From: Gracilinanus agilis
Taxonomy: Eukaryota
Assembly (NCBI RefSeq): GCF_016433145.1
Contig: NC_058133.1
Location: forward strand, 32,273,251-32,337,250
Direction: 5' to 3'
DNA: 64,000 nt
In this document: positions 12,185-23,559 of the stretch, piece by piece
Layout of the letters: each line of letters opens with the position of its first letter
Position numbering within the stretch: position 1 is the first letter of the stretch
Position numbers and translations under genes: made by a program
The notes under the pieces: generated by a model
Told to the model about the DNA's origin: nothing
Databases searched by the model: none
The model's input: the letters and a program-made list of their open reading frames with translations, nothing else

Positions 12185-14070
12185 CCCCCAATTTTTTTAA
12201 TTCATCTGGAAGAACCAAAGTTCAAGAATATCAAGGGAATCAATGGAAAAAAAATGAAGGAAGGAGACTTAGCAATACCAGCTTTCAACCATATTACAAA
12301 GTGTTAATCATAAAAACAATCTAATACTGGCTAAGAAAAAGAGTGGTGGATCAGTGGAATAGATTAGGTACATAATACACAGTAATGCATGTCTACAGTA
12401 ATCTAGTATTTGATAAGCCCAAAGATCCAAGTTTTGGGGGATACAAACTTACTCTTTGACAAAATTTTCTAGGAAAACTGGAAAGTCAATTGGCAGAAAC
12501 TAGATATGCACTAACATCTCATAACACATACCACAATAAGGTCAAAATGGTTACATGATTTAGACATACAAAGTAATATAACAAGCAAATTAGGGAACAT
12601 GGAATAATTTACCTGTTATATCTATGGATAAAAGAAGAACTTATGGGCAAACAAGAGAATGAGAGGATGGTAGGAAGTAAAACATAATTTTGATTACATT
12701 AAATTTTTTAAGTTTTTACACAAGAAAATCAATGCAACAAGATTAGGAAACTGGGGCAAATTTTTTACCACTCATTCCCCAAGTCCTGTGTTTGTGAGGT
12801 GAGTGAGATTTCCCAGTGTGTTATTGTGGGTCAGGCAGTTAGCCCACTTTAACCTTTCATTCCTCCTTCATTCCCTTCTCCCTTTACTAAATCCCCTGTG
12901 TTATTATTTACCTTTCCTGGAAGGCCTACCTGTTTCGTACCTCCCTTCTCCAAAATCCTGCTCTGGTCCCTGGGTCAGAGGCCATCATATGGAATTCCTT
13001 GTCATCCTCTTCGTACTTTACAAATGCCGATTGTGATCATTCTCAGAGTTGGGGGGAAGCTCCAGGCCCACTGGCCAGCTGTGTCAGATGTCCAGCGTGG
13101 TCCGGCTGCTGGAAGGCCTAATCCCTGAAGAAGGCAGCATGAGTGAAAAATAAGATGACTGGGCTGAGTTGAGCCAAATATTCCAGAGGCTGGTGTTAAG
13201 TGCTGAGAGTCCAAATAGAAGCAAACAGAAATAGAGTTCCAACCTTCGGGGATCTTCCATTCTAATGAGGGAAGATGACACACCAAGGGGAACTGCCAAG
13301 GGACCAAGGATGGGGAGAAGACCAGACAATGAAGAATGGAGCCAGGGATGAAGTAGATCTGTCCTAGATCTTCTAAAGTGGCAACCCAGGCCAGGGACTT
13401 GGAATTATTAGAAGAGAAGGCCACAGGGCAGAGGGTGAGAAGGTTGCTGCTAGGGAGGAGCTGAAGTCTGGTCAGCGACAAGTGGAGGCCAGCATCCAGT
13501 CCAGGATTGTAATCTATACACTTTAAATTGTAAATTTTTATATGATTTTGGACCAGAGATAGCATAGTATGTAGGGAAAGGGTACTAGAGTTGGGGTCAG
13601 AGGTCCTGGGTTTGAATCCTGGCCTCTGTTGTTTCCTACCTGTGTGATTTTGGATATGTAATAGGAGTCTAGATCTAGTGCTAAGAAGAATCTCCAAGGC
13701 CACCAAATCCAGCTCCCTTATTTTACACATGAGGAAACTGAGGCTGAAGCAAGTGAAATGACTTGCCTCAAATCGCTTCATCTCTTAGGGTCTCCGTTTC
13801 CTCACCTGTAAAATGAGATTCCTTTTCCTGCTCTAAATCTATTAGAAAGTTTTTATTTATGCCAAATCTAATTGTGTGTCTTTGCAACTGTTACCCATTG
13901 TTCCTTGTCTAGGCTTGACCTGGGGAGATTATTAGCTTGAAAGTAGTTTAAATATTTTTACCACCAGAGGATGAACCCATGTTTATACTGGAGGCGGTAT
14001 GTTCCACTCAACACAGAGTTCACTAGAGGAAACCATCAAGTTCTCCTTGGCTCTCTGAAAGATGATTATC

Positions 14071-14240
14071 TTTTTTTTTTTTTAATTAAAAACCCTTACC
14101 TTCTGTCTTAAAATCATACTGTATACTGGTTCTAAGGCAGAAAAGTGGGAAGGGCTAGGCAAAGGGTGTTAAGTGACTTGCTCAGGGTCACACAGCTAGG
14201 AAGCATCTGAGGTCATATTTGAATCCAGAACCTCCTGTCT
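14071..14240 (-). mobile_element. SINE1_Mdo-like SINE truncated by the assembly gap
   Basis: Diagnostic tail and CORE present; the head runs into the N gap. Confidence 0.85.
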
Positions 14241-14531
14241 NNNNNNNNNNNNNNNNNNNNNNNNNNNNNNNNNNNNNNNNNNNNNNNNNNNNNNNNNNNN
14301 NNNNNNNNNNNNNNNNNNNNNNNNNNNNNNNNNNNNNNNNNNNNNNNNNNNNNNNNNNNNNNNNNNNNNNNNNNNNNNNNNNNNNNNNNNNNNNNNNNNN
14401 NNNNNNNNNNNNNNNNNNNNNNNNNNNNNNNNNNNNNNNNNNNNNNNNNNNNNNNNNNNNNNNNNNNNNNNNNNNNNNNNNNNNNNNNNNNNNNNNNNNN
14501 NNNNNNNNNNNNNNNNNNNNNNNNNNNNNNN
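14241..14531. other. Assembly gap (291 N)
   Basis: Uninterrupted run of N. Confidence 1.
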
Positions 14532-17500
14532 GCATTTATTATTTATTAAGCATTTTTATGACATTTTTTATTGTTTTAATTGGTGGTATCAAGAAAACAA
14601 GACATAACCTCCCCTCCAATATTTCCCTAGCCATGGACTATTTACCCAAGTGTGTAGCCACAGCAAGAAGAGCAAAATCAAACACGTTAAAACTACTACC
14701 ACTCTCAGTTACGAGTCCTCTGTCTACAATGCCCAGCTTCCTGATTTAAGAAGGTTCTCCTGGATGTTTCTTGAATTGATCAGAAGTGATTGCCAGAAGA
14801 ACAAGGATTGTGACCGTGTTTTTCACTGAGACTCAAACAGGGGAGGAAACTTGGCCTAGCTCGCACAGGGAGTAGGTGACCGTCAGGATTGGAACTCAGA
14901 GCTCCTGACTGCAGGGCTAGGATTCTTTAGGATACTGTGGTCCGGATCTGAGCTTAGGCTGTGCTCCTCAGAAGGGGGAGCTTGTATAAGGTAGACACAA
15001 GTGTAAATGCCCTTGGCCAACTCTACGGTGGAAAGACCCCTGTGCCGGCTCTTTTTACAAACTCAGAGGTTCATAGGGGGAGTTTGCTTGCACCAGCATC
15101 CACTCACATCACATTCCCAAGACAAATGTGGCTGCTCCTCGGCTGCGGAGTCCCAGCTCCCCTCCGCTGGCAGGGAGAGTCAGGGTCCAGAGCTCCCCCA
15201 CCAAGTCCTCCCTTTCACACCCAGGGCTTCCCGAATCAGGCAGATGCCAAGCCTCCCCTCTCCTCTGTCTCCCCACCCAAAGTGCCTAGTTTGAGGCTCT
15301 GCCCACAGTTGGGGTTGGGGAGGATTGGGATGTCAAAGGCTGGATCTAACCCCAGAGGCCACAGGATGGTCCCACCAGGACAGCCCCTGACAAGGCCTGT
15401 GAGAGCAGAGGTGAAGCCTCTTCAGACCTCAGGTTTCTCCTCTGTAAAATGAAGATCTAGATGAACTCGAAAGGCCCGTCCAGTTTCTGATCTTATGACT
15501 GTGAGGCATGTCGGCCCCCAGAAGGGAAAAAAGACAGTGACCCGGGCCCCAGGGACCACTCACCTCCTTTCTCCTGAGTGAGCATCGGCCTTGGAAGGGA
15601 CACCAGGAGCCAGGAAGGGCCTGGGAAGAGAAAGCTGCTGAGAAGGCTGCACAGGGTAGCCCCAGACTGTGGAGTCCAGTGGAATAACCAGTCTGTGGGT
15701 GGTGAGGTGGAAAGAGGGGAGGGATGCCTTGAGGCAGGATGGAATCTGGCTGGGAGCCAGGGATGGAAGAGATACATCCTGGAAGTCTGAGACTGAGAGA
15801 GAGGAGCTACGGGAATAAGGTATTTATACAACGGGACCATCCAGAGTCCAGTTCAATTTTACAGATGAGGAAATTGAGACTTGAAGAGAGGTTGGGGCTA
15901 GAGACTGGTCAGAGACCATTCCCCAGCCCTCCCCCCCCCCAATAAGCAGGAGATAGGGGAAACGTCAGAACCCCCCTTCTTCAGGTTTCCTTCAGTCTTC
16001 ACAGGGGTATTTGGGTGGATTAGGAACCTTGTGAACCAGTTTCTAGTCCTGTTCTTGTCTGTATGACCTTGGGTTAGTCCTTTCCCCTCTGTAGTCCTCA
16101 ATTTCCTCTTCTATAGGACAGGGGCATAAATACCTCCTCTGACTCCCTCACAGGGGTGCGGTAAGGATGCCAGGAGATCATGGGCAGTGAGGGGAGGAGG
16201 TCCAGAGAAGCACGGATCTAAGGGGCCTTAGCACTGTCAGACAGAGGAGAAGATGGAGGCTTAGAGAAATTAACTGACTTCCCCAAGGTCACACAGCAAG
16301 TCGGGCAGGATGAGATTCAAACTCAGGTCCTCCAATTTCCAATCCAGAGATTGGGCTTTCCACAACACCAGCCTTTCTCAATGGAGAAAGAAGCCCTGAG
16401 CCCCAAGGAATTTCCTGGCTTAAGCAGGATGGAGAAAATGAAAGTGAACACAAGGAATAACTCCAAACAGAGGGGAGGCCCTCTAGCAACCTTGGAGCTG
16501 CTCCCCCCTCCCTCTTCCCCATCGCTCTGCCCAGCAGCCCAATGGGAGAGCAGAGGGGAGAAGGTGGGTGGCTCACAGGGGGCAGAGCTGGAGGGGAGCA
16601 GAGTTCTTGGGCCACACCCCTTCCCCTCTCTACATTTGCTGAGGTCATTCCTCACTTTGCCCGCCCCTCCGCCCAGCAACCCAATGGGAGTGCTTTCTCC
16701 CTCCCTCACGTGGGGTAAGGGTAGAAGCAGGGCATACCCGGCACTCATGGCAGGGAGGGGCAGGGCACAAGGTCTCTACAAGGTTTGCCATCACTGCCCT
16801 AGCCCAAACCTCTCCTGTTACAAAGGAGGAAACCGCTTCAGAGGCAGAACAAATAGCTGAGTGGAAGATGGACTGAATAAGGCAGACTTTGGCCTGGTTA
16901 TCAGTATCAACACCATAAAACCCTTGAAGGCAGAGTCTTCTTTCTCTAATCCTAGATGCTCTACTCCACCCCTGAGGGTAAGAAGCAAGTGCTCCATATT
17001 ATATGTGGGTGGGCAGCCAAAGAGCATTTATTATGCACCTACTATGCAGAGAGTAAAGATACAAAGAAAGACAACCCAGTTCCTGCCCTCAAGAAGCTCA
17101 CATTCTAACACAAAAGAATGAAAGTCTCTGCCCTACAGAAGTTTCATTATTGGACAAGTTGGGGCAGGAGGAATATGTGTGAAAGAACAATAGATCTACC
17201 TCTCTCTTCCCTCCTTGTCCCACACCCCCATTCTCTCCTACTTTGGAGACAAAAGCTGCTTAGCTAGATGGACTAGGTTATTTTTAGCTGGTGGTAAGCT
17301 AAGTAGCTCTTGAGAGATGTGTGTGTATGTATTATGCTTAGAAATTTGGTTCAGTTTCCCACATATTTTAGAAATCGACCTTTGTCTGAGAAACTCACTA
17401 CAAAGATTTTCCCCTCATTTTCTTCTCTAATTTTAGCTACATTGGTTTGTGCAGAAACTTTTTCATTTGATAATTTAAAATGATCCATTTTGCCTCATGT

Positions 17501-17585
17501 GAACCTCTCTCTCTTTTATTTAGCCACGAATTCTTCCCTACCCAGAGATCTAACAGGTACTTTCTTTCATTTCCTCTAATTTACT

Positions 17586-17787
17586 GTTTTTTTAAACTCT
17601 TACCTTCTGTCTTAGAATCAATACTATGTATTAGTTCCAAGGCAGAAGAGTGATAAGGGCTAGGCAATGGGGATTAAGTGACTTGCCCAGGGTCACACAG
17701 CTGGAAAGTGTCTGAGGCCATATTTGAACCCAGGACCTCCCGTCTCTAGGCCTGGCTCTCAATCCACTGAGCCACCCAGCTGCCCTG
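17586..17787 (-). mobile_element. SINE1_Mdo-like SINE with TSD
   Basis: 13-bp TSD CCTCTAATTTACT at 17573-17585 and 17788-17800. Confidence 0.95.
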
Positions 17788-18190
17788 CCTCTAATTTACT
17801 TATAATGTCACCCTTTATATCTAAATCACATGCCCTTTTGGAGGTGTCAATATATGGTGTGAAATGTTAGTGTATACCTAGTTTCTACCAGACTAGTGAG
17901 TTCTTACCCCATTAGCCAAGATCTTTGGGTTTGTAACAATTACTAGGTTACTGTGCCCATTTGCAGACTCCATATTGTGTCTCTAATCTGTTCCATTGAT
18001 CAATCTCTATTTTTTTCTCAGTACCAAATTGTTTTGATAATTACAGCTTTGTAGTGAAGTTTAAAATCAAGTGCTGCTAGGTTTCTTTCTTTCCTATTTA
18101 AAAAATGGATTCCTTTTATTTTCTCGACCTTTTTTTACCTCCCGATGAATTTTGTTATCCTTGATTCTAACCCTAAAAAGTAGTTCTTTG

Positions 18191-18648
18191 AACTGGAGGA
18201 ATTCCATGTGAACTGGAAAGATCTCCAGGAAGTGATGTAGAGTGAAAGGAGCAGAACCAGGAGAACATTGTACATAGAGACGGATACACTGTGGTACAAT
18301 CCAACATAATGGACTTCTCTGCTAGCAGCAATACAAGGATCCAGAGCAATGCTGAGGGACTTATGAGAAAGAAAACTAGCCACATTCAGAGGAAGAACTG
18401 TGGGAGGAGAAACACAGAAGAAAAACAACTGCTTGAATACATGGGCTGATGGGGATATTATTGGGGATGTAGACTCTAAATGACAACTCTAGTCCAACTA
18501 TCAATAATATGGAATTAGGTCTTGATCAATGATACATGTAAAACCCAGTGGAATTGAGCATTGGCTAAGGGGGGCTTGGGAGGTTTTGGGGGAGAGGGAA
18601 AGAACATGAAACATGTAACTATGGGAAAATATTCAAAATAAAAATTTA
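18191..18648 (+). mobile_element. 5'-truncated young L1 3' end
   Basis: L1 ORF2 end and 3' UTR with A-rich tail; perfect 16-bp TSD AAAAAGTAGTTCTTTG at 18175-18190 and 18649-18664. Confidence 0.92.
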
Positions 18649-18734
18649 AAAAAGTAGTTCTTTGGGTTTTTTATTGGTATGGCACTGAAAAATGAGTTAA
18701 TTTAGATAGTGTTGCTGTTTTTGTTATTAGAAGG

Positions 18735-20010
18735 GGGAGAACTTGGAAATGGCAGTGGGGAACAAGGAGTATTCCAAGACTCTGGCTTCAACCAGTAAGC
18801 TGAGGTGGAGTGAAGGTTCAGATAGGCCTGGAAAGGGCAAGCCAGGAAGGCCGTGTCATCAAGGGAAGTCAGGTTTCAGGTCAATGGAAGAAACAGGAGA
18901 GGAAAAGACTGAGGATGAAGGGAAGTTTGTTGCCTATGGACAGGCATTCCAGAGGGCACAGAGTGAGGGTGGGGTGAGGTTAGGTGGAAACTTTGGGGTG
19001 AGAGGGGTGAGGAGGGTGGGAATGAGGAATAGAGTGGTAAGGGGTATGGCATGAGATTTGGGAGGTTATCCATTGGGGTTCAGAGTCTCTGGGATGTGAA
19101 GGGTGTGAGCATGGATGAGAATGTTCATCAGATAGTGGAGGGCGCCACGTCTCTACTCTCAAAGCACAGGAGCAGAAAGAGAAAAAGGTCCAGAGTCAAA
19201 GGAAAGTCATTTTTCTTTGTACACTCCCAATTGGAAGAATGGGCTGGTGGTAGGAGGTAGACGTTGCCTCATGCTGGCACAGATGGAAATGGTTGATCTG
19301 GGGCAGATGGGAGACACCTGACCCAGCCCAGGCATTTCCTCAGTATGTGCAACACTCAGCAAGAAAGGGAAAGCACAAGCTACGAGCATGAGACGGCCTT
19401 CCCTGCGGAGGCCCACCATGAGGCAGCAGCAGAGGAAGTCCTTTGGGGTAGATGGAGCTTGGAAGTTCTGGGCTGCAGAATCCCCCAATACTGACATCAG
19501 GGCATTTGTCGAGTGGGGGGAGTGAGGTGGTCCCACCTGGGCCTTAGAATATCGTAGGTGGGATTTTGTGAAGGGGATTCTAAGATAGAAAACAGAAGAG
19601 GAAGCATAGGACAAACGGCCTCTATTTCCTCAGTAGCGTAGGAGATGAAGTCTTCTGTCGCAAGGGATGGGAGGGGATGGTGTGGGAGGGCTGAAGAGAG
19701 AAGAGAAGGTTTGGAGACAGAAAGAGAGTTCATTAGGGACTGCCTGGCTCAGACAGCTGTGCAGAGAGTCCAAAAGAGGCAGCTGGGGAGGGGAGAGTAA
19801 ATCAAGGCTGGAGGGCGACAAATCACGCAAGGCAGGACAAGAGATCTAAGCAAGGAACACTGTGATTTTGTTCTGGTTAAGTAGAAGATTAAGATGAGGA
19901 AGAAGGAAAGTGAAGTCAGGCTGGAGCAAGTGGAGAGATGAGTGGAGAGGTAGGAGAAAGCAGTAAACGATCGGTTTAAGGAAACTGAGGTCAGGGAGAA
20001 GTGGACCTTC
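18735..20010 (-). mobile_element. L2-like LINE ORF fragment
   Basis: Minus strand gives PLPSLATEDFISYATEEIEAV, similar to the L2 segment near 52800. Boundaries approximate. Confidence 0.6.
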
Positions 20011-20428
20011 GGAACCAGAGAGGAATTTCAGCCTTCTTGATCATAAACATGGAGCCTTGTGGATGATGAGATCAAGGGAGATGAGCATCCCTATGTGTGA
20101 CTTCCCCAGAGTGAAGATGAAAGTGGCTGACCTGGGAGGGGGGGTGTCTGAAAGGAGGAGGAGGGGGGACTTCACTGGCTGTGGGGTAGAAATGTAGCCC
20201 CTCCTGGCTGGGGCTCCATAACAAAGCCCAGCCAGTTCTCTTTGGAGCACGAAGGGAAGAAGAGTGATGGGGTCTGGTGCCAGCAGCTCTACTCCTTCCT
20301 CTGTGACGTGGTGATGGCAAGAGACCTGGAAAATGAGAGTTGGGTGCTGGGCTGGCTCCTGGAGACAAGTGTGGGGTGTCTGAGGCTCAGGTCCTGGCCC
20401 AGTCCCATCCAATAACTAGGCACTAGAG

Positions 20429-20633
20429 CAATGGTCGGCAACCTTTTTGGCCCTGAGAGCCATAAAGGCCTGCAGAAGGAGGAGGATGGAGGCAGAAGGT
20501 GCTGGAATATGGGACGGGGGGGTGGGGGGGTGGTTGAAGGGCCCCCTGGGGCACATCCTGGGGCTCTGCCTGGCCTGGCCTGTCAGAAGGTGGAGCCAGA
20601 TATGGCTCAAGAGCCATATGTTGCCGACCCCTG
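20429..20633 (+). mobile_element. hAT-Charlie-type MITE (205 bp)
   Basis: TIRs CAATGGTCGGCAACCT and CAGGGGTCGGCAACAT match at 13/16. 8-bp TSD CACTAGAG/GACTAGAG matches at 7/8. Confidence 0.9.
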
Positions 20634-20890
20634 GACTAGAGGAAATAAACTCGAGATTTCTAGAACCCCAGCCCCAAGCCCCTGATTGATGGCTCACATT
20701 GGGAGTTTTCCAGGTTCTCTGTGCCTCTCAGACTGACACCTGTTCTTCCTGAGGCCTTTCTTTTCTGGATGTATTCAAAAGAAACAATTTAGGTAAAGGG
20801 GTGGGGGTAAGGTAGAAGAGCATTATATATCAAGAAGATACAGTCATAAGAGAAAATCCAGACAAGGAAAGCATGGTAAAGACTATTTAG

Positions 20891-21083
20891 GGGGCAGCTA
20901 GGTGACTTAGTAGATTAAGAGCCAGGCCTAGGGACTGGAAGTCCTGGGTTCAAATCTGGCCTCAGACACTTCCTAGCTAAGTCACTTAACCCCTATTATT
21001 TAGCCCTTTACTACTCCTCTGACTTGAAACCAATACACAGTATTGATTCTAAGATGGAAGGTAAGTGTTTGGGGTTTTTTTTA
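20891..21083 (+). mobile_element. SINE1_Mdo-like SINE
   Basis: ggggcagctaggt head, B-box ggttcaaatc and the diagnostic tail. Confidence 0.9.
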
Positions 21084-21257
21084 ACCCACTATTTTGGTGA
21101 AGGTCAAAGAAGGAAGAAGCAGAAATAATTTTATTATTAGAGTATGCTATGGACCATCTAGTAAAAAAAAAAGAAATAGATGAGTTTGGGGAACAATAAG
21201 CTTGGCACAGAAGTAGGATTTTTCCACTATAATTACCCTTTAAAATTACGAATTTAG

Positions 21258-21460
21258 GGGGGTAGCTGGGTAGCTCAGTAGATTGAGAGCCAAACCTAGA
21301 GATGGGAGGTTGTAGGATCAAATGTTAGACACTTCCCAGCTGTGTGGCCCTGGGCAAGTCACTTAACCCCCATTGCCTAGCCCTGACTGCTCTTCTGCCT
21401 TGGAACTAATACATAGTATTGATTCTAAGGTGGAAGATAAGAGGTTTTTTTTTAATTAAA
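21258..21460 (+). mobile_element. SINE1_Mdo-like SINE with TSD
   Basis: TSD AAAATTA(C/T)GAATTTAG at 21242-21257 and 21461-21476. Confidence 0.92.
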
Positions 21461-23240
21461 AAAATTATGAATTTAGCAAAAATGAACAAACTCTAGCATT
21501 TCAATATACAAAGAACAAAAAGTAATTATATATGGAACCATTAACTTCTATCACATATAATTTCTTTTTAAAAGCTTATATTAAATTTAACAAAGTAGTA
21601 AACAAAATTGCCCTATTTTGACAAGTAGAGTCAAGCAAAAGATATCATCACATCAGCCTTATATGAAAAAAGTACATGATTCAACCTACACCTACAGCTC
21701 ACTATTTTTTGTTAGTAGGTAGGAAGTTCATCCTCTGCCTTTTGAAATAATAGCTTGTCTCTGCATGAATCAGAGTTCTCAAGTCTTTCAAATTTCTTTT
21801 AGTGAATTTTGGGGAATATTTTCAAATTCCTCTCCCTTAGGGCTGCTCCAATTTACAGCTATACCAACAGCCTATTAGAATGCTTGACCTGGGGTGACCA
21901 TTTTAGAGAGGGGCCCAGGCCAGCCAACCTTTACTCTCCTTCTGACTGTGCTTCTCTCGGGATTTCAACACCACATTTCATCCTAGAACCTCCCTTAGCC
22001 CCTGGGGCCTTCTCACTCTCACCCTCCTCTCTTCAATTATCCAGCATTGTCACCCTGGCATATCCCTCTACTATGTCTTTCCCCTTTTCCTATTGGTGAG
22101 TTCCTTCAAGAGTCTCCATTCTGGGGAGGATCACAGGCGAGCCAGCCTTCATTTCTTTTCTGGATATGCTTCTGACTCTCTGACCTTCGGTACTGTATTC
22201 TTCTGGGCCAGATACCTTCACATAACTCAACCCAATTTTTCATTTTCCTTTTGTGTGTTGTCTTCTCCAATTACTATATAAGCTTCTTGAGGGCAGGGAC
22301 TATCTTGAGTAACCCTAGCACTTGACTCGATACTTAGCAAATAGCTTCTTTAGCAATGGTCACTTTTACCTTTTTTCATTTTTGCAAATTTGATTGGTCT
22401 GAGGGAGAGCCTTTGATTTATTTTAATTTTCATTTCTCTTATTATTAGTGATTTGGAGTATATTTTTAATATGGTTGTTTGTAGTTTATATATCTCAATC
22501 ATTCACCAAATATCTATTTTTGTTTTAGTGCCCTTACCTTCTGTCTTAGAATCTATACTGAGATTTCTGAAATAAAATAAAAACAACATCAAAATACACA
22601 GAAGTTAAGGGTTTAAAAAAAAAAGAGAACAAAGAAGAACACACATAGGGCCTGCAAAAAGTTTTGTGTTTTTTTTCCTAAAAGAATAAAGAAAGGTAGG
22701 GGCAGCTGGGTAGTTCAGTGGATTGAGAGCCACTAGGTAATTCCTAGTTGTGTGACCCTGGGCAAGTCACTTAACCTCCATTGTCTAGCCCTTACCACTC
22801 TTCTGCCTTAGAACCAATACACAGCTAAGGGGACCAGGAAAGGCCTGTTGAAGTTGGGACTTGAGCTGAGTTTTGAAACCAGGGAAATCAGTAGTTGGCG
22901 GTGAGGAGGGAGAGCATTCCAGGAAAGGGGAAAGCCAATGCAAAGACACAAGAGATTGTGTGTTGTATGAGAGGAACAGGAGATAGGTCAAAATAGGTGG
23001 ATTAGAGAGTATTGAGGAGTAAGCTATAAGAAATCTGAAAAAGGTAGGAAAGACCAGCTTAAGAGTTTGAAATGTCCATCAGAGGACTTTACACTTGAAT
23101 CTGGATTTAATAGGGAACCACTGACTGTGCCTAAAGGAGTGACATAATAAGATCTATGCTTTGGGAAAATCACTTTGAAACTGAGCAGAAAAGGGATTAA
23201 GGTGGGGAGATGGAGGCTTAATTCAACTTGCTAATATAGT

Positions 23241-23364
23241 TGGCTCTACAGTTACATTTTATGGGTGAATTCATACCATTCACATCCCTGGCTATGATTT
23301 GTAAAATGGCTCTACAGCTACATTTTATGGGTGAATTCATACCATTCACATCCCTGGTTATGAT
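23241..23364 (-). repeat. 66-bp-period tandem duplication of an L1 ORF2 N-terminal fragment
   Basis: Units start at 23241 and 23307. The minus strand reads (D)VNGMNSPIK twice, the start of the L1 endonuclease. Confidence 0.85.
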
Positions 23365-23559
23365 AAGTTTCCTCTCTCTGCCCTTCCTCTTCCCTCTACA
23401 AGTAAAAGAGAAAGAAAAGGAATGAGATCTCAAGTGTAAAATAGGGGTTATAATAGTACTTCCCTTGAAGGTTTTTTGCAGGACTAAATGAGATAATGTA
23501 TAAAGCATAGTCCAGTGCCTGGCACATAGTAGACACTATATAAAGGCTTATTCCCTTCT

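Larger units (their letters stand above)
10279..12760 (+). mobile_element. Decayed L1 ORF2 (reverse transcriptase region), interrupted by LTR-C and a SINE
   Basis: Encodes [37 protein letters not shown] and the RT core [13 protein letters not shown] near 11550-11590, with stops and frameshifts. Confidence 0.95.
17320..18725 (-). mobile_element. Old L1 ORF2 fragment hosting a SINE and a younger L1 3' end
   Basis: T-rich antisense L1 ORF2-like sequence, continuous across both insertions. Outer boundaries approximate. Confidence 0.7.

Noticed and set aside
13002-13781. 259-aa ORF on the minus strand
   Set aside because: It runs through MIR and L2 fragments, has a non-ATG start and no recognisable domain.
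14188-14749. ORFs of 115 and 176 aa
   Set aside because: Artefacts of the N gap.
20891-20960. tRNA-like A/B boxes here and in many similar copies
   Set aside because: These are tRNA-derived SINE heads, not tRNA genes; no cloverleaf.
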